Shown here: positions 11,146 to 20,594 of the stretch, in pieces
Position numbering within the stretch: position 1 is the first letter of the stretch
Layout of the letters: the number at the start of each line of letters is the position of its first letter
IMG/VR virus record: IMGVR_UViG_2923318301_000002
DNA: 42,689 nucleotides
Origin: a virus
Taxonomy: Duplodnaviria > Heunggongvirae > Uroviricota > Caudoviricetes
Reading direction: 5' to 3' (one strand)
Made by a program: the position numbers and the translations under genes
The notes under the pieces: generated by a model
Databases searched by the model: none
The model's input: only the letters and a program-made list of their open reading frames with translations
What the model was told of the DNA's origin: nothing

Positions 11146-14100
11146 TGTACAATCCTCCATCCCGACGCGATGACTGCATAATTGACACAACCCTGCTGTC
11201 GATCAGATCCACCAGTCCCCTGGCTGAGCGCGCATCTATCTCGCCATTGCTCCCTTGATTCTGAATGCTGATGTGATACACGGGAGAATAAACAAATCCA
11301 CCGCCACCATTCACATCTCCAATGGCCCTGACCCCAAGAGAGCCGTCCGCTGCCCGTGTCAGTGGCATGATTGCTTCAGGCCCGGCCTCGCCCATCAACC
11401 CGGCCCCCTTCGCAAAAGCAAAATACGTCGGTGTATCCACAATAGTGTTACTGTAAGCACTCAGATTTGCCGATGTGTAAACACCACCTTTTGCGTTTGC
11501 CACTGCCCCCGAAATCCATCCGCCGACCGTACCAAGCCACCCTCCGGCACCGGAGAGTGATTTCAGTCCGTTAACAATGGCTGCATTCATCAGAATTTTT
11601 GAAACTTCCCGGAGAACTGAACTCCCCCAGTTCCTCCAGTCCACAACATTTCCGGCCAGTGCATCGGAAATATTTGATACCAGCCCGTCCATAGTGGAAA
11701 CGACAGCATCTGCCGCCTGCGAAGCATAATCGGTGGCACTGTCTGCCCAGTTGGTCAGCCCCTCCTGGAGTCCTGCATTCCAGTTATTACGTAAAGCATC
11801 GGCCTTTGCATAATAATCCTGCTGATCGCTGAGACGCTCTTCCAGATATTTTTTATTCAGTTCTTTCTCCTGTTTCCACAGGGCTTCTTCAATTTCTCCG
11901 GCCTGATACTGTCTCAGCAGCTCGTTATTTTTCTGCTCAAACTCATGCCGGATACTCCACATTTCCTGGAGTCGTTCACGCATCCGTGAGCCTTCACCAT
12001 ATCCCAGTAACTGCGCGTCGTTAGACGCCCGGGTACTGGCATTACTGTCCGCCAGGCTGCTTTCATACGCAGCAAGCTGCTCACGAATCTTTTTCTGGTC
12101 GATGAGTGCTGCATTCTGCAAAAGCGTTTTTTTCTGCGCTTCTGACAGGGTTGATAATTCGCCCTGACTGACCTGATATTTCATCTTAGCCAGTTCAGTA
12201 TTCTGCCCTGCCAGTGCTATCTGTTCTTTTTGCTGTTTAATCAGCCGTTTATAAATATCTTCTGTTTTTTCCGCTTCGGTCTTTTTATGCGCTTTGGGTT
12301 TATTTGCCTGGTTATTTCGCCAGGCATCCAGTGAGTTATTGATATAATTCTGTCTGGCTGTCTGATACGCCTCTCCCACAAAGCCAAGATCATCCGCAGC
12401 ATAGCCCAGTCGAGCACGCTCACGCGCTTCCCCCTTAAGGCGGGACAGAGCCAGTTCGCGCTTGCTGTTATTCAGTGCGGTCTGCTGTTTATCATCCAGG
12501 GTTGCCTGTGGTAGCCGTAACGGTACATTCACCAACCCCTGTCGCTGCTGAAGTAATTCATTACCAAGCCCAAGAAGGCGATTAAACTCGGTATGCTGCC
12601 CATTCATGATCAACAGGGACTGATACGCTTTGTTTTGTTCCGCCGCCTGTTGACGGATCAACGCAACCCGCCGCTCCTCCAGCCCGGCAAGCACATCCTG
12701 AATGGATTGCGCTTTGCCCTGCATTTGTGTGAGACGGGACTGTTCAACTGCCAGTTGATTTGTTGCTTCTGCAAGCCCTTCTGTGACTGTTTTTACCGAC
12801 GTCATGTGGTTAATCATAAAACCGTTATCGGTTGTCCAGCCCGGGTTTGCCAGCACATACTGATAGCCAGCAATTTTTTCCTGTAAGGATTTAATCTTAC
12901 TTTTCTGCTCGTCAATTAACCTGTTTTGCTCATCAAGTGCCTGCCGCGTCTTTTCCTCATTATCTGACGCTTCAGGAAGCGACATTGCCGACGTTTTCTG
13001 GCGAATTTCGTCGATTGTTGCGGCATACTGGCGTGCAGATTCTCTGGCCTGCTCCTGATTCTGATACATCGTGTACCAGGCCGTCGCCCCCAGCATGACG
13101 AGTCCCGGCACACCACCAACCAGCCCCAGCGCACCACTTAACAGACGACTCCCCACTGACGTGACAGTATTCAGCGTTGTCTGCGCCGCTGTTCTGGCCG
13201 CAATATTACGGGTAAGTGACGCCTGAGCAGCTGTCAGCTTCGCTTCTGCTGCGGCCTGCCTTTCGGTACCGCGAGCAGCAACAACCGCCTGTTGCGCACG
13301 ATAAACCGCCGCACGCGCTCTGGCGGTTGCTATCTGTGTCCCCCGAAGTTGCGCTTCAGCAAGAGCCACTTCGTTTCTGGCTGCAGTAATTAATCCGGCA
13401 GTTGCAGATCCAGCAGACGACGCCATATTGCCAAAATATCGGGCTACCCCGACGGCAACCAGTGCGCCAGCTGCAGCAGCCACGGTATCAATATTGTCTG
13501 CAACACCATTCAGCACACCGGAGAGTGTCTTTGTCACTCCGCTTGCCTCGTTCGCACCACCAACCCAGGCCATAAAGGCGTTTTCAACTTTGGTTGCAGA
13601 GGATGAAACAGTATCAGGCATTGCTGCATATTCATCACGCAACGCCCCAAGCTGACTAATCAGTGCAGGAACAACCTTATCGGCGGTCAGTTTTCCGTTA
13701 TCCGCCATGGCCTTCAGATCCTTACGGGCAACCCCCATTCCCGCAGCCAGCGCACGAATAACACGATCGCCGTTCTCATTCACCGAGTTAAACTCTTCAC
13801 CGCGCAGCACTCCCTGCGCCAGTGCCTGACTGAACTGCATGATCACCGAACTGGCTTCTGCTGTACTGGCACCGGATAATTTCAGGCCCGTGGAGATCGC
13901 CTCGGTGACTTTCAGTACCTCCTCAGAACTGTAACCATACTCCCGCATGGAAGCTGCAGAACGGGCAAAAAGGCTGGCGTTATCAGAAAACGCCGTCCCC
14001 GTTCTCTGGCTGATCGCCATTAATTCACGCTGTGATGCCTGAAAATCATCACTGGACTGTGAGGCCTGCTTCAGACGGGCATTTACTGAATTCCACTCAT

Positions 14101-14371
14101 CGGCGAGAGAAATAAGATGACCGGTAGCAAAAGCCCCGGCAAATGCCCCCGCCATATTCAGTGCCGAAGATTTAGCTGTATTTATCTGATCCGTCACTTC
14201 TGCCAGTGCACGCCGCATTTCACGGGAGGCAGCAGCAGACTGTTGGCCTCCGTTCTGCATGGTGCGGTAGTAATCCTGCCCCATACGCGAAGCCCGGGAG
14301 ATCTCTGACTGGAATGACCGGGAGTTTGCCGAGATTTTAATAATCAGTTCACGTAATGTCGCCACACTCAT
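11138..14371 (-). CDS. H: Tail tape measure protein H
   Basis: 1077-aa ORF, coiled-coil rich, positioned between GT and M as in lambda. Confidence 0.9.
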   Translation of the reverse strand: MSVATLRELIIKISANSRSFQSEISRASRMGQDYYRTMQNGGQQSAAASREMRRALAEVTDQINTAKSSALNMAGAFAGAFATGHLISLADEWNSVNARLKQASQSSDDFQASQRELMAISQRTGTAFSDNASLFARSAASMREYGYSSEEVLKVTEAISTGLKLSGASTAEASSVIMQFSQALAQGVLRGEEFNSVNENGDRVIRALAAGMGVARKDLKAMADNGKLTADKVVPALISQLGALRDEYAAMPDTVSSSATKVENAFMAWVGGANEASGVTKTLSGVLNGVADNIDTVAAAAGALVAVGVARYFGNMASSAGSATAGLITAARNEVALAEAQLRGTQIATARARAAVYRAQQAVVAARGTERQAAAEAKLTAAQASLTRNIAARTAAQTTLNTVTSVGSRLLSGALGLVGGVPGLVMLGATAWYTMYQNQEQARESARQYAATIDEIRQKTSAMSLPEASDNEEKTRQALDEQNRLIDEQKSKIKSLQEKIAGYQYVLANPGWTTDNGFMINHMTSVKTVTEGLAEATNQLAVEQSRLTQMQGKAQSIQDVLAGLEERRVALIRQQAAEQNKAYQSLLIMNGQHTEFNRLLGLGNELLQQRQGLVNVPLRLPQATLDDKQQTALNNSKRELALSRLKGEARERARLGYAADDLGFVGEAYQTARQNYINNSLDAWRNNQANKPKAHKKTEAEKTEDIYKRLIKQQKEQIALAGQNTELAKMKYQVSQGELSTLSEAQKKTLLQNAALIDQKKIREQLAAYESSLADSNASTRASNDAQLLGYGEGSRMRERLQEMWSIRHEFEQKNNELLRQYQAGEIEEALWKQEKELNKKYLEERLSDQQDYYAKADALRNNWNAGLQEGLTNWADSATDYASQAADAVVSTMDGLVSNISDALAGNVVDWRNWGSSVLREVSKILMNAAIVNGLKSLSGAGGWLGTVGGWISGAVANAKGGVYTSANLSAYSNTIVDTPTYFAFAKGAGLMGEAGPEAIMPLTRAADGSLGVRAIGDVNGGGGFVYSPVYHISIQNQGSNGEIDARSARGLVDLIDSRVVSIMQSSRRDGGLYSA

Positions 14372-14381
14372 TCTCCGGACG

Positions 14382-14404
14382 AAAAAAAACCGCCGAAGCG
14401 GTTA
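14382..14404 (-). terminator. Intrinsic terminator-like hairpin between GT and H
   Basis: Hairpin aaccgcttcggcggtt followed on the minus strand by T8. Confidence 0.45.
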
Positions 14405-14411
14405 TGTTGAC

Positions 14412-15100
14412 TCACTGAGACACTATTAAAAGCGCGTTTTCCAGTCCGGCAAATGGATCTGAAGCGCCTTCTGTCTGCTCCTTCTCCCACTGAAGAAGCG
14501 CATCATTCAGTGACACTTTGACCCCCTGCGCACCGTAAATAGCTGAAACAATCTGGGCAGCCCGGAAATCAGCCCGTTCGTCCCCCAGCGGGCTGAACCT
14601 GTCAAATTCTGCCCACATCATGATTTCTGATGCGGACATTTCCCGGCGTAACTCTGACAATGTGCGCCCCATCCTGAGCGCCAGCATCATCAGAAAACGC
14701 ATCCCCGGAAGCGCTACTTTTTTTTAACCTCGCCGGCATCACTGATCAGTTCCAGAGACTGCCGAAGAAGCCGCGCATGCACCGGGCCATACACGGCAAT
14801 CACCTGTTCACGATCATCCTCTGAAAATACGGGTTGCAGTCCGGTATCACACAGAACATCAATGAACAGTTCAACATCTGCCTCCAGATTTCGGCGGGCG
14901 CGCTCCGCAACGGATAACGGTGTCTCATCATCTTTTGCTTTAACGATCTCCTGCCAGCGCAACCAGGCTTCTGCAGAAGGTTCCCGTAACACAACCGTTG
15001 CTCCCTCCCATTCAGGCACATCAACGGTTTTATGGCGAAACCCCGACATCGTTGCCAGTGCCAGATTACGGATATTTTTAGTCATCACATCCATCCTCAT
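14412..15100 (-). CDS. GT: Tail assembly chaperone GT (−1 programmed frameshift fusion of G and T)
   Basis: The T ORF (14412-14702) is in the −1 frame relative to G; G ends …EVKKK* on a slippery A AAA AAG heptamer (minus-strand 14723-14717). Confidence 0.7.
14714..15100 (-). CDS. G: Tail assembly chaperone G
   Basis: 128-aa acidic ORF immediately upstream of T/H in conserved order; ends at the slippery site. Confidence 0.8.
   Translation of the reverse strand: MRMDVMTKNIRNLALATMSGFRHKTVDVPEWEGATVVLREPSAEAWLRWQEIVKAKDDETPLSVAERARRNLEADVELFIDVLCDTGLQPVFSEDDREQVIAVYGPVHARLLRQSLELISDAGEVKKK
14717..14723 (-). promoter_or_regulatory. −1 ribosomal frameshift slippery heptamer (A AAA AAG) for G-T
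   Basis: Heptamer sits in the G zero frame just before the G stop; the downstream T ORF is open in the −1 frame. Confidence 0.7.
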
Positions 15101-15804
15101 TAACTGACGGTTACAGTGCAGGAAGTGGAGGTCACTTTGTTAACCGGGCTCGCTGAATCAGAAATCTCGCAGGTATACGCACCGGCATCACCGGATGCTG
15201 CTGATGCCTTACTGAACGTTGCCGCCGTCTGTCCGGAAACAGGAGAACCACCTTTTTTCCAGGCATAAGAATAAGGCGGCACACCACCCACAGCCTCAAC
15301 CGCCATTTCAAGTTTCGCTCCGGAAGCAACCCGCAGCGTGCTTTTTAAATCGACCTTCACTTTCAGCTGCTCTGTCGTCAGCACAGGCTTACCTTTCAGG
15401 CGCAGAGAAAACGTTGCAGCCACAACACCATTGGTTCCTGCAGACCAGGTATGCTGACGCACCTCTGCCATAAAGGTAAATCCGTTGCCTGACGGAAAAA
15501 TAACTTTAAAGCCATACGTGGTGTCATTGTCATAGGCACTGCGCAACGCGTTCTGGGCAGCATTCAGATAAAAGTTGCCTGACATGGAAATCTCTGAAGC
15601 AGCCCCAAGACCGTTAATATTTTCCTGCTCAACAGAATACAGCGTGGTGACATCAATATCCTGCTTTTGTCCTGCGGTAAACTGCACCTCTTTGATTGTA
15701 CAGCTCAGGCCAAGATAGCTGGCAGAATCCAGGGTTTCTGCTGTTACCGGTGCAGACGAAATCATAATTTTCGTCAGTTGCGAACGCTCAAAATTAGAGG
15801 ACAT
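15100..15804 (-). CDS. V: Major tail protein V with C-terminal Ig-like domain
   Basis: 234-aa ORF positioned before G; C-terminal Big_2-like segment (…GGVPPYSYAWKKGG…TCEISD…). Confidence 0.8.
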   Translation of the reverse strand: MSSNFERSQLTKIMISSAPVTAETLDSASYLGLSCTIKEVQFTAGQKQDIDVTTLYSVEQENINGLGAASEISMSGNFYLNAAQNALRSAYDNDTTYGFKVIFPSGNGFTFMAEVRQHTWSAGTNGVVAATFSLRLKGKPVLTTEQLKVKVDLKSTLRVASGAKLEMAVEAVGGVPPYSYAWKKGGSPVSGQTAATFSKASAASGDAGAYTCEISDSASPVNKVTSTSCTVTVS

Positions 15805-15821
15805 ACTCGTCTCCTGAAAAT

Positions 15822-15843
15822 AAAAAAACCCGCCAGCGGCGGG
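15822..15843 (-). terminator. Terminator-like hairpin upstream of V
   Basis: Hairpin cccgccgctggcggg followed on the minus strand by T7, just before the V RBS. Confidence 0.45.
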
Positions 15844-15864
15844 TGGGTAAAATCATTAATGACC

Positions 15865-16209
15865 TCAGGCTATTACCTGGAATTCAAGCGTGGCTCTGCT
15901 CAGACGGGAGTCAGGATCATAACCCTGCGTTTTAGAAATAACGGAGGGTGCCAGTTTTCTTACCGCATCAAGCGCCTGCTCACGAATATTATCTGCGTCA
16001 TCAGGTACTGTCGCCCAGACATCGATCTGCACGGTAATTCTGGATTCAGCCTGCCCATCAAGCACATCAGATACCGTGTCAGACACCACAGAAAACACCA
16101 GCCACGGCGGAGATACTGCAGGCTTTCCCTCCGTCAGCGGGACCACATAAGGATAAACCTGTCCTCCGGCCAGCTGAGACAACAGGGAATACAGTGTGCC
16201 CTCCCTCAT
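15865..16209 (-). CDS. Tail terminator / tail completion protein (U-position)
   Basis: 114-aa ORF directly upstream of the major tail gene; assignment by synteny only. Confidence 0.5.
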   Translation of the reverse strand: MREGTLYSLLSQLAGGQVYPYVVPLTEGKPAVSPPWLVFSVVSDTVSDVLDGQAESRITVQIDVWATVPDDADNIREQALDAVRKLAPSVISKTQGYDPDSRLSRATLEFQVIA

Positions 16210-16655
16210 TTACTTAAGACCTCATCAATAGCCTGATTCATTCGCTGTATGGCAACCTGCGCCGCCAGCTCCTCTGTCGTATCGAAAGCCGGGCGAATGA
16301 ATGGATGCGCGGGCATGTTTATCGTTCCCAGCTCCACAAAGCGCCAGTAAAATGCATTTCGGGGATCGCTGGCTTTCATGCTGTTATCACTGTTTCCGGT
16401 TCGCAGGTTCCGTCCGCGAATGTGGACACCCGAGATAATTTCCCCCCGACGCTTTGAACGCTGAGTGAGAACAACCACATTTTTCTTCAGTTTCCCGGTT
16501 CGCTCCGGCGCACGTTCAACAACTGCATCCCGCATAACTTCAGCACCGGCACGGGTGGCATCGCGCAGAACCTTATTGTTTTCTGCCCTGCTGAGCGTCT
16601 CCAAATCCCGTGCAATATCCGCCAGGCCGGAAAAATCAAGACTGAAATCCATCAC
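16206..16655 (-). CDS. Tail component, HK97 gp10-like family
   Basis: 149-aa ORF translationally coupled to neighbours in the head-tail joining block. Confidence 0.55.
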   Translation of the reverse strand: MMDFSLDFSGLADIARDLETLSRAENNKVLRDATRAGAEVMRDAVVERAPERTGKLKKNVVVLTQRSKRRGEIISGVHIRGRNLRTGNSDNSMKASDPRNAFYWRFVELGTINMPAHPFIRPAFDTTEELAAQVAIQRMNQAIDEVLSK

Positions 16656-16990
16656 ACATTCCCCTTCAGGCTGCAGAGTATTTCAAGCCGGGTAGCGCGT
16701 GCATCCGGTATTGGTGGACCTTCTATACCCAGAATGGCCCCTTTAAATGCACCGGTCAGCACTTTCAGACGTGAAGTCGCTGTCACATCGCGCCGGAATC
16801 TCATCCAGACTCTGACCGTAGCCTGAGCGGTTTCTGCTCCGCCTGAGATTATCTCCCTCCCGCTGATACCCTTAACTTCTGCCCATACGGTAGCTCCCTC
16901 CGTCACCGTCTCCACCGGATGCCCTGACGGAGAGCGGGCGGTGGTGACATTCAGAATAATTACGCGATCACGTAATCTGCCCGCCTGCAT
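16652..16990 (-). CDS. Head-tail adaptor / head closure protein
   Basis: 112-aa ORF in the head-tail joining block; assignment by synteny. Confidence 0.5.
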   Translation of the reverse strand: MQAGRLRDRVIILNVTTARSPSGHPVETVTEGATVWAEVKGISGREIISGGAETAQATVRVWMRFRRDVTATSRLKVLTGAFKGAILGIEGPPIPDARATRLEILCSLKGNV

Positions 16991-16998
16991 GTCTCCTC

Positions 16999-17316
16999 CT
17001 ACAAAGGAATAAAACGATAAGGCTCCAGCAGAGAAGAAAAACCAAACGGGACTGGTGCCTTACTGACATCTGAGGAATTTTCCCGGTTTTCGCACCAGTG
17101 CCCGACCAGCAACATGAGCGCCAGCAAAACATCATCAGCTATAAGCACCCCTTCAGGATCACCTTCCGGCACCGTCTCCTCATAAAGCTTACGGTTGATA
17201 AAATTTTCTGCCTTGCGGCAGGCAGCCCGGAAATACAGCATCAGTAACTCATCATCAGTTGCATCATCTGTATCAATACGGCACTGCGCCCTGAGTTTTT
17301 CCACTATTGCTGCCAT
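16999..17316 (-). CDS. Head-tail connector protein (gp6-like)
   Basis: Start chosen at ATG 17316 (MAAIVEKLRAQ…) with GGAG RBS; the track's longer N-terminal extension overlaps the capsid terminator. Confidence 0.55.
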   Translation of the reverse strand: MAAIVEKLRAQCRIDTDDATDDELLMLYFRAACRKAENFINRKLYEETVPEGDPEGVLIADDVLLALMLLVGHWCENRENSSDVSKAPVPFGFSSLLEPYRFIPL

Positions 17317-17348
17317 CAGAAACTCCTGCCCGCAACACTGTGCGGGCA

Positions 17349-17371
17349 TAAAAAAACCGCGTCGGCGCGGT
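17349..17371 (-). terminator. Rho-independent terminator downstream of the major capsid gene
   Basis: Hairpin accgcgccgacgcggt followed on the minus strand by T7. Confidence 0.6.
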
Positions 17372-17392
17372 CTGTAACTGAACAACGAGTGG

Positions 17393-18610
17393 TTATTTGC
17401 CAGTGAGCGCCTTGATGGCTGCCACATCTTCCAGCACACAGTCAAAACGATGGAAAGCCAGAAATGCCACCTGATCAAACTCAGCATAACGCTCAACCAG
17501 ACGTTTCAGTTCCATATAAGTAACGCGGCGAATGATAAAGCGGTTGAAATCCCCCAGGAAAATGAATTTTTTTCCAGTACCAATCCCGTCAATAGCCTGA
17601 TCAATAACATAAGGGATCCCCAGCACAGTAGCCGGCGTACCGCCTGCAATATCCGGCAGCCATAACGGGCGTTTCTGTCCATCCTCCATCTCTTCAATAG
17701 TCTGCAATGTGGCATCATTGAATGCCCAGCGGTATTTCGGCCCACCACGATATGCCGGATCAATGGCATGTTTCAGGGCATTCATTTCTTTCCAGGTGAA
17801 AGCGGCAGAGGCTGCAGTCTGGATGGTTCCCGTCACCGACGCTGCCAGCCCTTTTGGCTGTAACGGTGATCCCGTTCCGGTCCCCTGAACCAGATATTTT
17901 GCCTCTCCACGACCAATACGCTGGGCAATACGGTTTGCCAGATAAGATTCAATATCCACCCCACTGTCCTGGAGCAGCTCATTGGACACACGAATTATTT
18001 TTGATGACAGCTTTTTAGCCCCCAGAATAGCGGTCCCGAACGTCACATCCTGTTCCGTTGCGGCTGTATTTTCCGCCAGCAGTTCGCCCTCTTCAGTCGT
18101 GCCATCAGACGTTGACCAGGTGATATCCTGCCCGGTTGATGTGGTCAGAAGTTGCGCCACACTGGCAATCCCGCCATAAGCCTTCATGGTGTCAATGATT
18201 TTGTTACGCATCTGCGTGGGCACCGTATATCCGCCCTGAGAATCCGTTGTTACACTCTGAGCCCGCAGTTCACGCATCAGATTACGCTCTTCAGCATTCA
18301 GTTCTGCAAATCCGGCACGCAGAAAACGGTTAAATGCCGCAGCACGCTTCTCTTCCACCGCCTTTTTCCCGTTCTCCGCCTCATTATTCTGGCGCTCTTC
18401 CGGCCCGGACTCATCCACATATGCCTGATCCTGACGGCGCAACTCTTCTTCACGGGCGATTTGCTCATCCAGCGCATCCAGCTCAGCTTTCGCCCTGTTC
18501 CACTCTGCCCGTTGCTCATCAGTCCATGCGTTATCACCAATTTTTTCATGCAGTGCACGCATATCCTTTGCAATGGTGTTTCGTTTTTGCTTCATCTCAT
18601 GAAGTTTCAT
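17393..18610 (-). CDS. Major capsid protein, HK97 family (with N-terminal scaffold-like delta domain)
   Basis: 405-aa ORF; coiled-coil N-terminus then capsid fold region; follows prohead protease. Confidence 0.9.
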   Translation of the reverse strand: MKLHEMKQKRNTIAKDMRALHEKIGDNAWTDEQRAEWNRAKAELDALDEQIAREEELRRQDQAYVDESGPEERQNNEAENGKKAVEEKRAAAFNRFLRAGFAELNAEERNLMRELRAQSVTTDSQGGYTVPTQMRNKIIDTMKAYGGIASVAQLLTTSTGQDITWSTSDGTTEEGELLAENTAATEQDVTFGTAILGAKKLSSKIIRVSNELLQDSGVDIESYLANRIAQRIGRGEAKYLVQGTGTGSPLQPKGLAASVTGTIQTAASAAFTWKEMNALKHAIDPAYRGGPKYRWAFNDATLQTIEEMEDGQKRPLWLPDIAGGTPATVLGIPYVIDQAIDGIGTGKKFIFLGDFNRFIIRRVTYMELKRLVERYAEFDQVAFLAFHRFDCVLEDVAAIKALTGK

Positions 18611-18624
18611 CGTCAGTAGTATCC

Positions 18625-19224
18625 TTATGCATTAAGAAGGGTCAAAAGGCGCTCACGCGCCATTCGTTCATTAACAGCTTTCTTCAGCGCACCACTCGCC
18701 CGCGCTTCCTGCCAGGCTTTCATTGAGCGGACACCGGAGTCTGCGTCCTGATAGGCCGGATATGTCACCGGGCTGACGTCATACAGACGAGAAATGCGCG
18801 TGATTTCCCGGATAACAATCCCCTCGTCGTCTTCATACCAGCTCTCTCCGTCACGGGCGACACGAAACGCGAACGAGGACTGGTTAATGTCACCACGCAA
18901 CATTGGAGACAGCACCAGGTCACAAATAGTCGGAGTATCCGGTGCAACAATGTCATAACGTAAACCGCGTTCATCCACCGACAATGACAATGTGCCGGCA
19001 GAACTTCGTCCGAGAATGAAATTAGGATCATGATTAAACAAGCCACGTACATCATCATTCAGTACATCATCAAAAGCCCCCGGCTTGATGATTTCACGAA
19101 ATCCCCACAGAGGTTCTGAACGACTGTTAAATACCGAGCCATACCCCAGAATGTGGGTCGGGGCATTATCATATTGTTCCGCCCGCACCTCCCCGCTGTA
19201 ACAGCGCGTTTCACGGTCATTCAT
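18625..19224 (-). CDS. Prohead protease, HK97 family
   Basis: 199-aa ORF between portal and capsid; start overlaps portal 3' end. Confidence 0.85.
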   Translation of the reverse strand: MNDRETRCYSGEVRAEQYDNAPTHILGYGSVFNSRSEPLWGFREIIKPGAFDDVLNDDVRGLFNHDPNFILGRSSAGTLSLSVDERGLRYDIVAPDTPTICDLVLSPMLRGDINQSSFAFRVARDGESWYEDDEGIVIREITRISRLYDVSPVTYPAYQDADSGVRSMKAWQEARASGALKKAVNERMARERLLTLLNA

Positions 19225-20443
19225 CGTTCTTTTCCTCTTTGCCTTTCGTATCTTTAAAGTTATTCAACGGATTTGCTGCATTTACGCTGACCAGCATTTC
19301 ATCCAGACCGTCAACCGGGTTCATATCCTCAAATGCCCTGGCTTCATTCCGACTCATCCAGCCATCTGTAATGGCAAAGTGATAGAACTGCGCACGCTCC
19401 TGTGGGGTCCCACGGAGCAACCCCGTGAGGTTAAAACGAACGTAATACCCGGCAGCCCGTTCTGTACGGGTAAACAGGCGACGGTTAAGCTCCTGCTCCC
19501 AGTTCGCAACCCAGGGCATCATCGTGTAGCGAACAAACTGAATCGCCTGCTGCGTAATATTCGAAAATGTGGCTTTTTCCAGGTCATTAATCATGTGCGC
19601 CGGGACATTAAAAATCCCTGCAATCATCGACCTGTTCAGCTTGGTCATATCAATGATCTGAGCATCCACCGGAGAAACTGTCAGAGCGCGGTAATCCAGT
19701 TGCGCAGGCAACAGCATGGTTTTATTTTCCTGGCTGCGAAGCGCTGTCACCGCCCGCTGCCACATATTTTTAAGCCTGCCCCAGCTCTGTTCGTTCAGTT
19801 CATTTTTCACAGAAATAATACCGGCAGGACGGGCATTACCGTTAAAAAAGGCGCTGGTATACTGCTGGCCACTCATTCCCATACCAATGGTTTCAGCATG
19901 CTGCATGATCGGGCTCAGTCCCATTTTCTGATTGTTTCCCAGCGCCCTGATATGGATCATGTCGTCCGGACTTACCGCAAATGCACCCTCTTCGTTATAC
20001 ACCCCGTAAGTATGACGCCCACCGGTGTTAAGTAACGTGGTTTCCCATGGCATACAGCATTCAAGGCTGGTAACCTCTCCACGACGATTACGTTTTACCC
20101 ACGTATAACCATTGCCCCACCCCAGCACATGACGCTGCTTCAGTTCCCGCCACTTATAGCTGGTCTGCCAGGCATTAGGTTCATCATGAACGAGCCAGAA
20201 CAACGGATGATCGCGTGCAGGCTGAACATGCTCATTCGTTTTTCGCATCACATGCAGGGGCATCTGAGCCACACTGGATGAAATAACATAAATACAGGCA
20301 TAGACAGCAGCCAGCTTCATGGATGTTTCCGGACTGACATACACATCCCGGGCAAAAATATTATCCGTCTCAGCGGCCTCTCCGGTTACCGGAACCGAGG
20401 GATTTTCCAGAGACTCACTGCGAAACAGAGCATCAAGAAGCAT
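19217..20443 (-). CDS. Portal protein, HK97 family
   Basis: 408-aa ORF downstream of the terminase large subunit. Confidence 0.85.
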   Translation of the reverse strand: MLLDALFRSESLENPSVPVTGEAAETDNIFARDVYVSPETSMKLAAVYACIYVISSSVAQMPLHVMRKTNEHVQPARDHPLFWLVHDEPNAWQTSYKWRELKQRHVLGWGNGYTWVKRNRRGEVTSLECCMPWETTLLNTGGRHTYGVYNEEGAFAVSPDDMIHIRALGNNQKMGLSPIMQHAETIGMGMSGQQYTSAFFNGNARPAGIISVKNELNEQSWGRLKNMWQRAVTALRSQENKTMLLPAQLDYRALTVSPVDAQIIDMTKLNRSMIAGIFNVPAHMINDLEKATFSNITQQAIQFVRYTMMPWVANWEQELNRRLFTRTERAAGYYVRFNLTGLLRGTPQERAQFYHFAITDGWMSRNEARAFEDMNPVDGLDEMLVSVNAANPLNNFKDTKGKEEKNDE

Positions 20444-20594
20444 GTTTTCTCCTCATGGACACTACCAGTGCATAAAGCAGCAACAAACAGCCCGACAGCA
20501 TCAGAGACGCTGGCAGACCTGCATACAGATAAACGCCAGCAGTGAGCAAACCGAAACCGATCAGCCCGGTCATATCAGTAATAAGCTGTTTCAC
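20433..20594 (-). CDS. Small hydrophobic protein (hypothetical) between terL and portal
   Basis: 53-codon ORF not in the supplied track; GTG start overlaps terL stop (GTGA) and stop overlaps portal start; predicted single TM (…LIGFGLLTAGVYLYAGLPASLMLSGCLLLLYALVV…). Confidence 0.25.
   Translation of the reverse strand: MKQLITDMTGLIGFGLLTAGVYLYAGLPASLMLSGCLLLLYALVVSMRRKHAS

Noticed and set aside
15667-16236. 189-aa plus-strand ORF
   Set aside because: Antisense to the tail terminator and V genes; Arg/Cys-rich.
19379-20035. 218-aa plus-strand ORF
   Set aside because: Antisense to the portal gene.
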